A DNA stretch of 64,000 bases, from positions 343,604,001-343,668,000 of the forward strand of contig OZ024742.1 in the NCBI GenBank assembly GCA_964016885.1, written 5' to 3'. Of this stretch, positions 1 to 13,167 are shown piece by piece. Source of the stretch: Eledone cirrhosa. Its lineage: Eukaryota. The position numbers were made by a program, and so were the translations under genes. The stretch's first letter is position 1. Each line of letters starts with the position of its first letter. The notes beneath the pieces were generated by a model. The model saw only the letters and a list, made by a program, of their open reading frames with translations. It was not told where the DNA came from and ran no database searches.

Positions 1-3000
1 ATCACCACACAACATACCCATCCCACACGCCCCTGATGACGATTCATCACCAGACGAAGCTACTTCTCCAACCCCAAATGAAGATGAAGGAGAGCCTCGT
101 AAATAAAAAAACAAAACAAAAAAGAGACACCACAAAGCCACAAAAACAACAATCACCAACACAAACATACAACCACCAACACAAATAACAACACAAACAC
201 CACCACAATCAACTCCCCCTACCAACAAAACAAACACCTACACCACCCCATACACAAATGCCCACCATAAAAAGAAAACTACAAAATGAACAACAAACCA
301 AAACAACACAACAAAAATACAAACAACAATACACATACATTAACACAAACAACAAAAACCTAATGGAGGTCATCTCCCAAGACCCCAAAGTAGAAACAGG
401 GGAAAACTTTTGTAAAAGCAAACTCTCAACCACACCTAAAACTAATAAGGGTTTCGATAGAGACCTATCAGACATTGAAAGAAAAGTTTTCACAGGACGT
501 TGGCAACCCCTGCCAAAAACAAATAAACCGTGTCCTGTTGAAATGTTTCCCCACCCCACTCAACACCCCCACCAGAACTGAAATGGAGATTGAACAACCC
601 GATCTCCAGGAAACAAAAATGTAAGTGAACCTTTTCGTCCTTTTTGCCAACTCTTCTCCACCAACATGGCTGACTTAAGAGTTGGAAGCGTGAATGTGCG
701 TGGCCTAGGGATGCCCTGGAAATAGGGCCAACTTTTAAACGACCTTAGGTCACACTGTATAGTTGTAATAGCCATCTCCGAGTCCATGATCCACAATAGG
801 CAGCAACTAACCCCCATCTTCAATGACTTTGAGATCTACGCATTTCTCTGTCAGCCGGGAGGTGGAGGGGGAGTGACTGTTATGTTTCAGAAAAACCTGG
901 ATCTCGAAGTACAGCAAGTACACTTGGACCCGGAAGGTAGACTGGTAGTCCTAGACGTGAACAGTATTGGAGGTGGAGCCTTCAGACTGGTGGCCGTTTA
1001 TGCCCCGACCGGGCAATCACAATCGCGGCCAGACTTCTTAAAGCGTCTGGAGTCTTTTCTGTGAACGTCTCGCTCCTTGCTTTTAGTGGGGGACTGGAAT
1101 GGTATCCTAGATGCACGATGGGACTATGTGGGAGCATGTCCCAGTAGAGTGGGGTGCCCCAGCCTCAAAAATCTAATCGGCCAATTCCAACTGGCCGATA
1201 GATATCGACTAGATTTCCCAACTGTACCACAGTGGACGTGGGCAAACCGCAGCGGGACATCTAGATCGTATTTAGATAGGTTCTTCATTAGAGAAAAGGA
1301 CAAGGAGATGTTAAGCTGTCCACGAATGCACATAGTTGCCTACTCAGATCACAAATTAGTCGTCTGCTTAGTCAATCGTAATAGAATACATAGACAGGGA
1401 CCCGGATACTGGAAGCTGAACGTGTCGTTGCCGGCACGTATAGCTTACAGTGACGGATAAGTAGACTAGTCAAGCAACAGTTAACGGGAGCCATCATCAA
1501 CAATAGATGGTGGTACTCTCTCAAGAGAGCAATTAGAGTAGAATCGATAGGGTTTAGCAGAGAATTAGCTTTAGAGAAAAACAAATCAGAAACAGAACAA
1601 GTAGCCAAAGTAGAAGAAGCGCTTAGGAGTGGTAACGCAAATAGAGTGCTAGCATTGAGAACGGCACTAGACCAGTTCTTCGACGCGAAACACGAAAGCT
1701 GCGTGGACAGAAGTAAATAACGTGCTCTAGGAAACGAGGGGGCAAAAGCTGTTAGCTGGGCCCGAGTGGCGGAAGCGAAAAGTGGCAACAAGTCCACGAT
1801 TCGGTCTTTGAAAGACCAAAACGGACGCGTGCTACTTAACCCCAGGCAGATGTGCGCGGCCTTTCAGTGGCACTTTGCGCGACTGTTTGAGCAGAACGAT
1901 GGTGCACCGAACGGGGTAATGGACTTTGGTTCATACCTTGACGGCCTGCCGCGTCTCTCGGGCATGGACGCCGAGTTCTGCGAAAGACCGATCACAGTCA
2001 CTGAGATACGGGACGCTCTGGGCCGCTGCGGGAAACGCAAATCACCCGGTCTAGATGGTCTACCCTATGAGTTTTAGATAGGCATGCCGAACTTGTTCTC
2101 TGGCGTCCTCGAATCCGTCTACTGTAATTGGCAGTAGAACGGGACAATTCCCAGTTATGCAGGCAAAGGCGTAGTAAGGCTGATCAGGAAATACGAGAAC
2201 ACGGGGAACGAAATAAACAATTTCAGGCCCATAACTCTGCTCAACACAGAGTTAAAGATTTTGGCCAAGGTGCTAGCAACGAGCTGGCGCTTGTCGTCGA
2301 AAACCTGGTAGGGAAAGCGCAAACGTGTGCAATCCCGATCAGGTCCATACACGACAACCTCCACCTCATGAGATATATCATAGAGAGGGTGGGGTGTAAA
2401 CCCGGCTTCGGTCGGGCTCTGATTAATTTAGATCAGTCTAAGGCATTCGATAGGGTCGACCATCGATACTTGGAAGCTGTTCTCAAGGCGGCAGGTTTCG
2501 GTCCCGTTTTCAGAGGCTGGATCAAGGCGATGGACACCAGAATCTGCTCGAAGGTCAAGGTGAACGGCTACCTATCGGAGCCGTTCGCAATCAGGCGTTC
2601 CATTCGACAGGGATGCCCTCTCTCCTCCATTCTGTACGTATTAACTCTAGAGCCACTACTGTGGAAGTTGGAGCTTTTTCAAGGTATCCCTTTAGAATCG
2701 GGACTGCGAAAAGCGGCGTCGGCTTATGCCGACGACGTGACGGTATTGGTGTCGAAAACCTCGGAAATCGAGGTAATCGGCAACCTACTACAGGAATTCG
2801 AAAGGTTCACAGGAGCAAAACTAAACCCGGACAAGTCTGTCGGTTTGCAACTCGGAACGTGGAGAGGCAAACCGATGCCATCCGACAGCGTCGTCGGACG
2901 CTGACGGAAGGACCGGTGAAATTGCTCGGGGTCTGATTCGGTCCAAACCTCCAGGTGGAGAAACACTGGAACGAGGTCTGTCTTTGAAAGGTCGAGCGGA

Positions 3001-4303
3001 GGTGGCCAACACTTTCATAGCGCCCGTCATCTACTACCGCTTGACAGTCGTGCCTTGTCCCCGTGAATACCTCACAAAGATGGAACGCATGCTCTTCCAG
3101 TTCCTCTGGAAGAAGCAGGCTCCACTGGTGAGGAGATCCGTCTGCTGTCAACACCCTTCCAACGGAGGGCTGGGCATGCCGTGGCTAATGATGCGCAAAC
3201 ATGCGCTGAGGCTACGGCATCTTCAGCTATTCCTCACCGACCAACCGGTGTGGGCACCGTTTGTGAGACAGGCCTTCCCACAACATGTTTCGCTGACGGA
3301 GCTGCAGTCCAAGGTCAAGCGAAGACCGAAGAAGATGGGCGCCTGGCACATTGAATGCGCCCAGGCGCTCACAGTCCTCTGTCAGGCGGCCACAGCAATC
3401 AGTGGAGACTCAACTTCGACATTCTATAGAAGGTTAATACTTTACAAGTGCGACGACATGCTCAGAGAGACTCTAGGCGTCAAAGACGACGAGCTCACCA
3501 GTCTGTTCGGTAGGACTTTCCGCCCGGGACCTATGGACAACTTCCAGAGGTCCCTGCCCTGGCAGTGCTACCGAGGAGCTCTACCCGTTCGAGATAAGAT
3601 CTACGGGCACGGACGCCCCGGCAGGGATCCTTCCAAGAGGACGTGTCCAAGATGCGAGCAGGACATTGAAACCGTCTTGCATGCAATTGTACACTGCCCG
3701 GGCGTAAGCGACCTGTGGAACTATGCAGAACAACTGCTGTCGCGTATGGGACAAATCCAGTTGACTGCAGAGTCCATAGTAAGGATCAAACCGCCAGCCT
3801 CTTTCAAAAACGAAAGAGAGGCGGTTTTCCTCTGTACAGTGGCTATGGTGAAAGAGGTTATCTGGTGGACGAGATTGAGAGGACTGAGGACAGATGCCTT
3901 TCTCGCCGGACAACAACTGATTCCCTTCTTTAAGTATCACTTTAGAAGAAGAATCAAAGTGGAGAGAGAGGCACTGCACCCCAGTAGGTTTACTGAAAGG
4001 TTGGTGAATGAAGGGAAAATGGCCCGAGTGATTGGGCCTTCTCTGTTTATAAGCCTGTAGGTTAAAGAAGAGAGCAAAAGGAAGAAGGGAGCACTTGCAA
4101 AACACGCTCCTGAAGTTGAGGGTTGTTCTATCGACGGGCTATTAAACAACCCATTTGTGGCGTCTCCCCCCTATTGGGTATTTCGATTGTTATAATTGTT
4201 TGTTTGTTTTATATTTATTTTTTACACGACTGTATGTAAAATCCCCGGCATGTGTCTTTGTATTGTCCCCTTTTCTTGTGCGCCCTTGTGGCAAATAAAG
4301 AAA
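1..4303 (+). mobile_element. Tx1-like (L1 clade) non-LTR retrotransposon, copy A, 5' end outside window, decayed
   Basis: Low-complexity ORF1 tail. ORF2 runs from ATG 666 with APE motifs (SVNVRGL, LLVGDWN, SYLDRF, YSDH), RT motifs (DQSKAFDRV, RQGCPLS, SAYADD) and a C-terminal CPRC..ETVLHAIVHC knuckle, ending at 4060. 3' end AATAAAGAAA abuts (TATC)n. Confidence 0.93.
666..4060 (+). pseudogene. Tx1 ORF2 (APE-RT-zinc knuckle), with multiple stops and frameshifts
   Basis: ORF track pieces 786-1064, 1077-1460, 1766-2077, 2128-2904 and 2984-4060 are collinear parts of one ORF2. Confidence 0.9.
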
Positions 4304-4807
4304 TATATCTATCTATCTGTTTATCTGTCTATCTATCTATCTATGTATCTATCCATCTATACATACATCAGATCTAGCTGTCGTCTGTTCTACAGCGTAG
4401 ATGTAATTCACTTCGCGCAGAAGTTTTGTTCAAATTTATTGCGGAAATTTTGTAAGTTCAATTTTAATTTTGATACTATTGTGTAGCTTGACCCCTCGTC
4501 TGAACTGTCAGGCGGTGGGTCAGCTCATCTTTGCCCCTCCCAGGGGTGAAAAACCTGTTTTTAAAAATTTTGTGGCATAAAAATTCAATCGTCTGACAGA
4601 AATCTTAAACGAAGCTAACGAAAATAATGGTGGCGGGACAGCGGTAAGAGTTGTAAGCCCGCACGCTTTAGTCCCCCCCCTTCCTTCCCAACTAACGTCA
4701 TAGAGAAGGAAAGAAAAAATAAAATAAAAACAGACGAATGTGCGGAGAAAAATGACGAAAACACAAATCTGAACATTGATTCCAACAACAAAAAAAAATT
4801 TGAAAAA

Positions 4808-6504
4808 TTGCATGACAATATTAATACCACAAACAAAGACACAACAAACACAAAAATAACATTTGAAAACAACATCATAACAGAAAGCAAAGCAGACGAC
4901 AAAGTCAACACCAATAATATTTCATTTGCACAAACAACAAAGAAATCTTTGACATATATACCTGAAAATATTTCAGATGTGGCACAAAGAATTAAAAACG
5001 CCAAACAATACATAACTCAAGGGGAAAATGGTATTTTATCGGTAAAAATGCCTCAAGAACTCACCAAAGACATTGAAAGTCGGACGGTCGTTTTCCGCGT
5101 CATCAACAACATTTCTAAAAAACCTCAACAACCAACACAAACAGAAATCAAAGCAGTACTTACAGAAGTACTTAATGAAACCACTTTCATAAGAAGAGAC
5201 AGACTGTATGGAAGCCTAGCGATTATTATGAAGAACGAATCGGCGGCAAAAAAAATGTGCTTTGTCGCCGATTCGTTCGACAAATTTTACCTTTTATCCA
5301 TCTTATATGGGTAAAAGAACTCAGCGCATATGGCTGGATGCGATGATGCCAGATGTGGACTACTGCTGGCTCATAGCTGGCTTCATCGATCCAGCGAATG
5401 ACAACGTGATTTCCATTGGGAAAACCACAGGCAATGCGTTCAGTGGAACAGGTATAGAACTTGTAGTGCAAATGAAGCCTGAACGCATTGCCCAAATACC
5501 CGACAGAATCCTATTAGAGGGCCACGGGTATATACAAATTAGCGTAGAGGGGAGAAGGCCGTCCTGTCATATCTGTGCATGCAGGCAGAGGGAACCTGAA
5601 GGCGGCTTGTCCCCAACTCAACAAGAAGAAAACCCTGCTACCAACACCAGGTCCACCACCATCACAACAGATAAACAAACAACAAAACTCAGTCCCACCC
5701 AACCCGTCCCTCAGTAAAACTACACCACCACCACCACAACACAAACAGTCACAACACATTACCCCAAAACAAAACACAGTCCCACCCAACCCCTCACTCA
5801 ATAAAACAACACAACCACCGCAGCCACAACACACAACACAGTCTAACATAGTGACATCCATCTCCCCCACAAAGAAAACCAACACGGAAACATTACCAGC
5901 AAACATACCTCTTCTCTCCAACACTGAAGATAACCCAACGAATTCGGAGGAAGAAACGGAGTCCTTCAGACAGATTAAAAGGAAAAAAAGAAAACATGTG
6001 CAAAACACACAAGGCCAAACAACCCCTACCCAAATATCAACACAATCCAACAAAACACAAAACAACCCTCCAGCAACAAACAAAACCAAACCTGCCACTC
6101 CCCTCTTCGAAACACTCACACAATCCGAAAAAAAGACATTACACTATACTTACATCAACAGAAACAATAATAAATTAAATGAACTCATAAACAATAACCC
6201 TTCGGTACAAACCGAAGGTGTAAACTTTGTTTCTTCAGAAAACTACCCACATTTAAAATTAATAAAGATCCCAATGAACCTCTACCAAAAACTAAAAAAG
6301 GATTTTAAGGAGGACGTAGGACCACCCTCTGTCAAACCCATAAACCGCGTCCTACTAAAAAGCTTTCCCCTCCCCAACACAACTCCAAACACCCCAACCC
6401 CACCACACACTGACGACACCACACCACCACAAGACACCCCTTCACCCAACACCCCCGACCCCATGGAAGTCGTGCGACCCGAACCCCGGGAAGCGGAAAG
6501 GTAG
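4808..6504 (+). pseudogene. Tx1 ORF1 (gag-like), frameshifted
   Basis: Three overlapping ORFs (4808-5314, 5262-5717, 5575-6504) with a CCHC-like knuckle followed by a Pro/Thr/Gln-rich tail. Confidence 0.75.
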
Positions 6505-6537
6505 ATCTCTACACTCTCCTTTGGCTTTGCCGCCCAC

Positions 6538-9500
6538 ATGGATGTGTTAAGAGTAGGATGTTTGAATGCACGTGGCCTGGGCTCAACTTGGAAGCAAGCA
6601 AAGCTTCTAAATGACCTTAGGTCACGTGGTATAAATGTAATGGTTATCTGTAAGACTCGGATCAGCGTCGTGCGGCAGCTGGCCCCTACCTTCGATGACT
6701 TTGAGGTGCATGCATCTCTCTGTCAACCTGGAGGTGGGGGTGGGGTTGTCGTACTGCTGGAAAAACACCTGGGTCTCGCCGTACAGGTTGTTCACTCGGA
6801 CCCGGAGGGCCGTTTGTTGGTGCTAGACGTTGGCAGTAGTGAAGGTGCGGCCTTGAGACTGGTCGCCGTCTACTCCCCTTTCGGAGCTGAACGACCCGAC
6901 TTCTTCCAGCGTCTGGAGACTTTTCTGGGAACGTCGCGTTCCCTGCTTCTAGCGGGGGATTGGAATGACATCCTAGATGCACGTTGGGACTATGCAGGAG
7001 CATGTCCTAATAGAAGGGGGTGTAACAGCCTCAAGGGGTTACTCGACTGTTTTAACTTGGTCGATAGATATCGACTAGATTTTCCAACTGTGCCAACCTG
7101 GACTTGGACGAACCACAGTGGTCAATCTAGATCGTACTTAGATAGATTCTTAGTTAGAAGTAAGGATAGGGACATATTAAGCTGTCCAGAAATGCTCACG
7201 GTTGGCTATACGGATCACAAATTAGTGACCTGCGTAGTCAATCTCGAGAAAACACATAAACAGGGTCCCGGTTACTGGAAACTTAATTTGTCTTTACCGG
7301 CAAAAGAGACTTACAGAAACCGGATTAGCAGACTAGTTAAGGAGAGGTTGACGGGTGCAATCGTCAACAACCGATAGTGGGCATCTGTCAAAAGAGAGAT
7401 TAGAACAGAATCAATAAGTTATAGCAAGATGTTAGCTGCCGATAGGAATAGAAACGAGAAAGAATCAACAGGTAAATTAGAAGAGGCAATCAAGAGCGAA
7501 GATGTGGCCAGAGTGCTGGCATCGAGGACGGCCTTGAGCCATTTTTTCGTTGCAAAGCACGAAGGCTGCGTCATTCGAAGTAAAATACGTGCTCTAGGTA
7601 ATGAGGGGGCCAAAGCCGTTGGCTGGGCCCGCGTGACAGAAGCTAAGAGTGGAAATCGATCCACCATCCGGTCTTTGCAAGACGAGGATGGACGGGTGAT
7701 CCGGGAGCCTAAGCAGATGTGCGAGGCCTTTCAAAGGCACTTTGTCCGATTATTCGGGGGAGGCGAGGGTCCGGGCGGGGTCGTGGATTTCGGTCCATAC
7801 CTCGACGGCCTGCCGCGTCTCTCGAGCGAAGAGGCAGAGTCCTGCGAGGGACCAATCTCGGCTGATGAGATCGGGGATGCGCTGAGCCAATGCAGCAGAC
7901 GCAAATCTCCAGGTCTCGATGGTATACCTTACGAACTTTATTTAGCAATGCCGGTCTTCTTCTCCGAACTCCTCGAAGCGGTCTACTGCAATTGGCATCA
8001 GAACGGGAGAATTCCTTGTTCTGTAGCCAAGGGCGTAGTCTCGCTGGTGAGGAAGGACGAGAACAAGGGGGATAGTATAAATAATTTTCGGCCCATAACC
8101 CTGCTAAACACAGAGTTAAAGATTTTGGCCAAGGTGTTAGCAAAGAGGTTGGCGCTTGTCGTGGGTGGCCTGGTGGGAGATGCGCAGACATGTGCTATCC
8201 CATCCAGGTCCATTCACGATAACCTCCACCTCATGCGATACATTATAGAGAGGGTTGGCAACAAACCCGGCTTCGGTGGGGCCCTGATCAACTTGGATCA
8301 GTCTAAGGCATTCGATAGGGTCGACCATGGTTACCTGGATGCGGTGCTAGCGGCGGCTGGGTTCGGTCCTGATTTCAGAGGCTGGATCACTGCCTTACAT
8401 AGCAGCCACATCTGTTCTAGGATCAAGGTGAACGGCTACCTTTCGAAGCCGTTCGAAATCACACGATCCATTCGACAGGGGTGCCCTCTCTCCTCCCTTC
8501 TGTACGTATTGACTCTCGAGCCTTTACTGAGGAAGTTGGAGTTGTTGCAGGGTATCCCCCTGGAACCTGGATTGAGCAAAGCGGTGTCGGCCTACGCCGA
8601 TGACGTAACAGTAATGGTATCGACCGACTCGGAGATCGAGGCGATCGGTACCTTACTGGAGGATTACGAAAGGTTGTCAGGAGCGAAACTGAGCCGGGAA
8701 AAATCCATCGGGCTGCAACTCGGAACGTGGAGAGGCAGACCGATGCCTCCCGACGGTGTCGTCGGACACTGGACGGAGGGCCCGGTGAAGTTGCTTGGGG
8801 TCTGGTTTGGACCGCTTCTCCAGGTGGAAAAGAACTGGGACGAGGTTACGAACAAGGTGTTTGCACTAACCCAGATATGGGCCAAGTGTAAGCTGTCCCT
8901 AAAAGGTCGGGCGGAGGTGGCGAACATTTACATAGCGTCCGTCACTTACTACCGCCTGACTGTCGTGCCTTGCCCTAAGTAAACACTCACCACCATGGAA
9001 CGCATGCTCTTCCAATTTCTTTGGAAGAAGCGCCCTCCTATGGTGAGAAGATCCATCTGCTGCCAACAACCTTCGAAAGGAGGGTTGGGGATACCGTGGT
9101 TGATGATGCGTAGGCACGCATTAAGGCTACGGCACCTACAGGTATTCCTCACTGGTCAACCGGTGTGGGCTCCGTTCGTGGAACGAGCCTTTCCGAGACT
9201 CGTCTCGCTCACCGAGCTGCAGTCCTGGGCCAAGCAAAGATCCGGAAAACTGGGAGACTGGCACACTGAGTGTGCCCAGGCGCTCAGGGCTCTCTGGCAA
9301 GCGGGCCAGGCCATCGGTGGAGAATCCACCTCATCATTCTATAGAGGGCTGGTGGTTAGCAGGGGCGTTGACACCCTTGGAGAGTCACTGGACATAGAAG
9401 AGGACGAGCTGGCCAGCCTGCTCGGTAGGACTTTCGGCCCGGGACCAATGGACAACTTCCAGAAGTCACTAGCCTGGCAGTGCTACCGGGGGGCTCTACC

Positions 9501-9967
9501 CGTTTGAGAGAGGCTCTACAGACACGGGCGCCCGGGCAGGGATCCCTCGAAAAAGATCTGCCCTAGATGCGTGTGTCACGAAGAAACCGTTGCGCACACA
9601 TTGGTGCAATGTAAGGGCGTGGCTGATCTGTGGGGCTACGCTGAACGACTGGGTGGCGCCGATTCGATTGACCGCCGAGTCCGTGATGACAATCAAGCCG
9701 CCTCCCCTCTTCACAAAGGAAGCAAAGGCGTTTTTTCTGTGCGTAATAGCCATGTTGAAAGAGGTTGTTTGGTGGACACGATTGAAAGGTCTGAGGTCAG
9801 GAAACTTCCTCTCTGGCCATAGTCTGGTCTACTTCTTCCGATATCACTTCGGAAGAAGGATAAGAATGGAGAGAGAGGTGCTTGGCCACAGGCAGTTTTA
9901 TGAAAGGTGGGTGATAGTGGCGAGAATGGCTCGTGTAAATGGGCCTTCTCTGTATACCATCCTGTAG
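6538..9967 (+). pseudogene. Tx1 ORF2 (APE-RT-zinc knuckle) with a few in-frame stops
   Basis: MDVLRVGCLNARGL, GDWND, YTDH, KSPGLDG, NFRPITLLN, RQGCPLS, AYADD; ORF pieces 6538-7377, 7429-8982, 8995-9507, 9590-9967. Confidence 0.92.
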
Positions 9968-10451
9968 GTAAAGAAGTGAAGGAGAGGGGAGCACCTTCTC
10001 CATGTGCTCCCCGGGCAAAGGATTGCACACTTTTTCGGGGGTGTGTGCAACCTCCATCACGTCCCCTCCCTTTTGAGGTTGTTTTCGATTATTTTCATTT
10101 TATACCCTTTTTACTTGGTTTTATGTAAACTCCCCCTTTGTATTTGTCCCTTCTTTTTATGCCTTTATGGTAAATAAAGAAATATATCTATCTATACATA
10201 CATACACACACTTACATACATTCATAAATACGTACACAAATACATACATATATACATACATATATACGTACAAACATATATACATACATGATGGCTGCCC
10301 CCTCGTTATCGAGTATGGCCGTTGCACTATCAAAATACACACACACACATCTACTAATATATAATGCTATTGTGCTTTTGTACGTCACTCAAAGGGAGGT
10401 AACTCATCTATTTTTCGCTGGGGTTTGACGTTAAACTCCGCCAGTTGCAAA

Positions 10452-10500
10452 CTGCGCATCAACATGAGATATTTTAAAAATATCTCATGTTGATGCGCAG
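10452..10500. repeat. Perfect palindrome, 24-bp arms with 1-nt spacer
   Basis: ctgcgcatcaacatgagatatttt-a-aaaatatctcatgttgatgcgcag. Confidence 0.95.
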
Positions 10501-10529
10501 AGTTTAAAGAGTAAAGATCAAGTCCGGTT

Positions 10530-11460
10530 CATAGGTTGACATTATCAAGCCATCGTTTTGGCTGCCGGCCTCTGCTTCTCTTACCAACCAACCTTCCTTC
10601 CAGGCATAACCTACTCACACCACGAGTTGATCTTTTTATATGGCCGTATATTTTGAGTACTCTTGACTTGACAATTGATGTAATTGGTCTAAGTTTGGTA
10701 ATGTTGAGCAGCTCAGTGATACAGATACGGTCGCTGAGCGGCTCACTGATACAGATATGGTCGCCGAGCAGCTCACTGATACAGATACGGTCGTTGAGCC
10801 GCTCACTGATACAAATATGGTCGCTGGGCAGCTCACTGATACAGATACGGTCGCTGAGCAGCTCACTGATACAGATACGGTCGCTGAGCAGTTCACTGAT
10901 TCAGATACAGTCGCTGAGCCGCTCACTGATGCAGATACGGTCGCTAAGCCGCTCACTGATACAGATATGGTCGCTGCTGAGTCACTCACTGATACAGATA
11001 GGGTCGCTGATACAGATATCATCGCTGAGCAGTTCACTGATACAGATATGGTCGCTGAGCAGCTCACTCATACAGATATGGTCGCTGAGCAGCTAACTGA
11101 TACAGATACGGTCGCTGAGCCGCTCACTGATACAGATATGGTCGCTGGGCAGCTCACTGATACAGATACGGTCGCTGAGCCGCTCACTGATACAGATATG
11201 GTCGCTGAGCAGCTCACTGATACAGATACGGTCGCTGAACCGCTCACTGATACAGATACGGTCGCTGAGCCGCTCACTGATACAGATACGGTCACTGAGT
11301 CGCTCACTGATACAGATACGGTTGCTGAGCCGCTTGCTGATACAGATACGGTCGCTGAGCCGCTCACTGATAGAGATACGGTCGCTGAGCCGCTTGCCAG
11401 TCATAAGTCTCATGATGTGGTTCTGGAATGTAGAGAGCTTCTGAAGTAACTTTGTCGTCC
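10530..11460 (-). mobile_element. RTE-clade LINE fragment (post-RT region) interrupted by an internal minisatellite
   Basis: Minus strand reads TTKLLQKLSTFQNHIMRLMTGKRLSDRI...[repeat]...LSDRICITELLNITKLRPITSIVKSRVLKIYGHIKRS...LEGRLVGKRSRGRQPKRWLDNV, a typical RTE C-terminal segment. Confidence 0.85.
10713..11397. repeat. 30-bp minisatellite, about 23 units (gctcactgatacagatacggtcgctgagcc)
   Basis: Direct tandem periodicity; translates as (LSDRICISER)n on the minus strand and (TDTDTVAEPL)n on the plus strand. Confidence 0.95.
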
Positions 11461-11514
11461 AATTAATAAGTTATATAAATATAAATACATACATATACAT
11501 AAACATATACATTA

Positions 11515-11960
11515 TCCACTTCGCCAGCAGCCTGGTAGTGAACCACTGGTCTCACTTTATGACTGCCAAGATGACTTTTGAATCCAGCTTTGCTGAGGCA
11601 GAATATGTACAGACGCTGCATGTCAGCACCATAGAAGGATCTTTGCTCTCTGGAAATGCAACAGCAATGCCCTTCCTCACATCCATTTTAACTTTCTCGT
11701 ATGCGAGTCGAGATGCTCCAAAAGCAACTTTACCCTCATGTACAGTATTTCTCCATTTATTACGACCAGCAGCTACGCTTTCCCATGTATCAGCAGAGAT
11801 GTTAGCGTCTTTCAAAGAGGCTTTCACAGAATCCTTATACCTCTTTTTTTTTGTTTATGTAGAGGTCATTTTCCTTTAACTAACTCTCTATAAAAGAGTT
11901 GTTTTGGTATCCTAGAATCCTTCATCCTGGCAAGGTGACCACTCCATCAGAGACATTGCT
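11515..11960 (-). mobile_element. RTE/BovB-like LINE 3' fragment
   Basis: GHLARMKDSRIPKQLFY...KRYKDSVKASLKDANISADTWESVAAGRNKWR...TCSVC. Confidence 0.8.
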
Positions 11961-12047
11961 GATCCTCGTCACTAAATACCAGGATCAGCGTCTTACTGAT
12001 TGAATTACTGGTACTCATTTTACTCAAATCTACGTGGCGGATGTGAC

Positions 12048-12350
12048 GGCGTGTGGCTTTGTGGTCAGGGAATTTAGCTCACGAACCCAAAGTCGTGAGT
12101 TCGATTCCCTGCGGTGCGCTGTGTCCTTGAGTAAGACACTTTATTTCACGTTGCTCCAGTTCACTTAGCTGGCAAAAATGCGTCAGCCTTGTCACATTCT
12201 GTGTCACGCCGAATCTCCCTGAGAATTACGTTAAGGGTACGTGTGTTTGTGGAATGCTCAGCCACTTTCACGTTAATTTCACGAAAGGCTGTTCCATTGA
12301 TTGGATCAACTGGAACACTCGTCGTCGTAACCGACGGAGTGCCTTCCATG
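12048..12350 (+). mobile_element. tRNA-derived SINE (second family); inverted copy at about 27360-27632
   Basis: Pol III A box (tggctttgtgg) and B box (gagttcgattcc), followed by the central motif gtgtccttgagtaagacactt seen in V/Meta-type SINEs. Confidence 0.75.
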
Positions 12351-12521
12351 ATTCCACGTGCTGGCTGTCCCTTTGGTCCAACAATCGGAACACTGTGTTC
12401 CAACCCATGCTTATACACTTATACAGCCCCCTAAGAAGACGGGTGTAAATTCAATGATGTTCATTTCTTTGCATTATCGATACCGATGATGATTGATTCA
12501 TAGCAAGAAATCAATACTTAC

Positions 12522-12607
12522 TAATCACAATGTTTAAGACAGTAGTAATAATCAATGATAAAGATCCAATTGAGAAATGACACACAAGCGTCCTTTTTCG
12601 CCCGAAC
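12522..12607 (-). CDS. SLC22-like transporter internal exon (about TM9): (W)FGRKRTLVCHFSIGSLSLIITTVLNIVI
   Basis: Polypyrimidine-cag acceptor and gtaagt donor; second MFS GRK motif; phase fits the 14841-14975 exon (TG|G). Confidence 0.85.
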
Positions 12608-12739
12608 CTGTTGTGGATAGAAAGGGAGATTTTGAAAGGTAACTTTGAATTGAAAATAAAATGATGTTTATACATCTCTCTCTCTCTCTACACACACATA
12701 TCTATCTCTACCTCCCTCTCTCTCTCTATATATATATAT

Positions 12740-12930
12740 AATTGTTTCTACTTTTGGCACAAGGCCAGCAATTAACCAGTGCATTACTGGTACTTATTTT
12801 ATCGACCCCGTAAGGATGAAAGGCAAAGTTAACCTCGGCGGGATTTCAACTCAGATCATACAGGGAGGTAACTCTATGCTTCAAAGCATGGCGTCCGACT
12901 CTCTACCGATACTGGCAATCCACCGCAGTA
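12740..12930 (-). mobile_element. tRNA-derived SINE with Nin/Deu-like core (main family)
   Basis: Core gcctttcatccttacggggtcgataaa. Other copies at about 14590-14750, 15215-15380, 15990-16090, 24885-25072, 30100-30250, 31230-31400, 34790-34945, 39505-39610, 40840-41040, 41053-41237, 46355-46450, 52075-52165 and 54330-54400. Confidence 0.85.
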
Positions 12931-13014
12931 ATAATAATAAATTTGAAGACTAAAATCCAAAGAGGGCTCGATAAGGATAAATATATATCAAATATATAAG
13001 AACCGTAGAGCAAA

Positions 13015-13056
<42 letters not shown>

Positions 13057-13084
13057 CTAGAAGTGAATTGCATCCCTGTATGCC

Positions 13085-13164
<80 letters not shown>

Positions 13165-13167
<3 letters not shown>

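Larger units (their letters stand above)
4369..10182 (+). mobile_element. Tx1-like LINE, copy B, apparently full length
   Basis: 5' UTR, frameshifted ORF1 (4808-6504) with a degenerate gag knuckle CHIC...GNLKAAC, ORF2 6538-9967, 3' AATAAAGAAA. Candidate 14-bp TSD atctatacatacat at 4355-4368 and 10190-10203. Confidence 0.93.

Noticed and set aside
10757-11449. 230-aa TDTDTVAEPL repeat protein
   Set aside because: It is the antisense reading of a minisatellite expanded inside an RTE fragment; no splice or gene context.
12048-12120. tRNA gene (also at 39630-39710 and 41053-41140)
   Set aside because: A and B boxes are present, but there is no complete cloverleaf and each continues into a SINE body.
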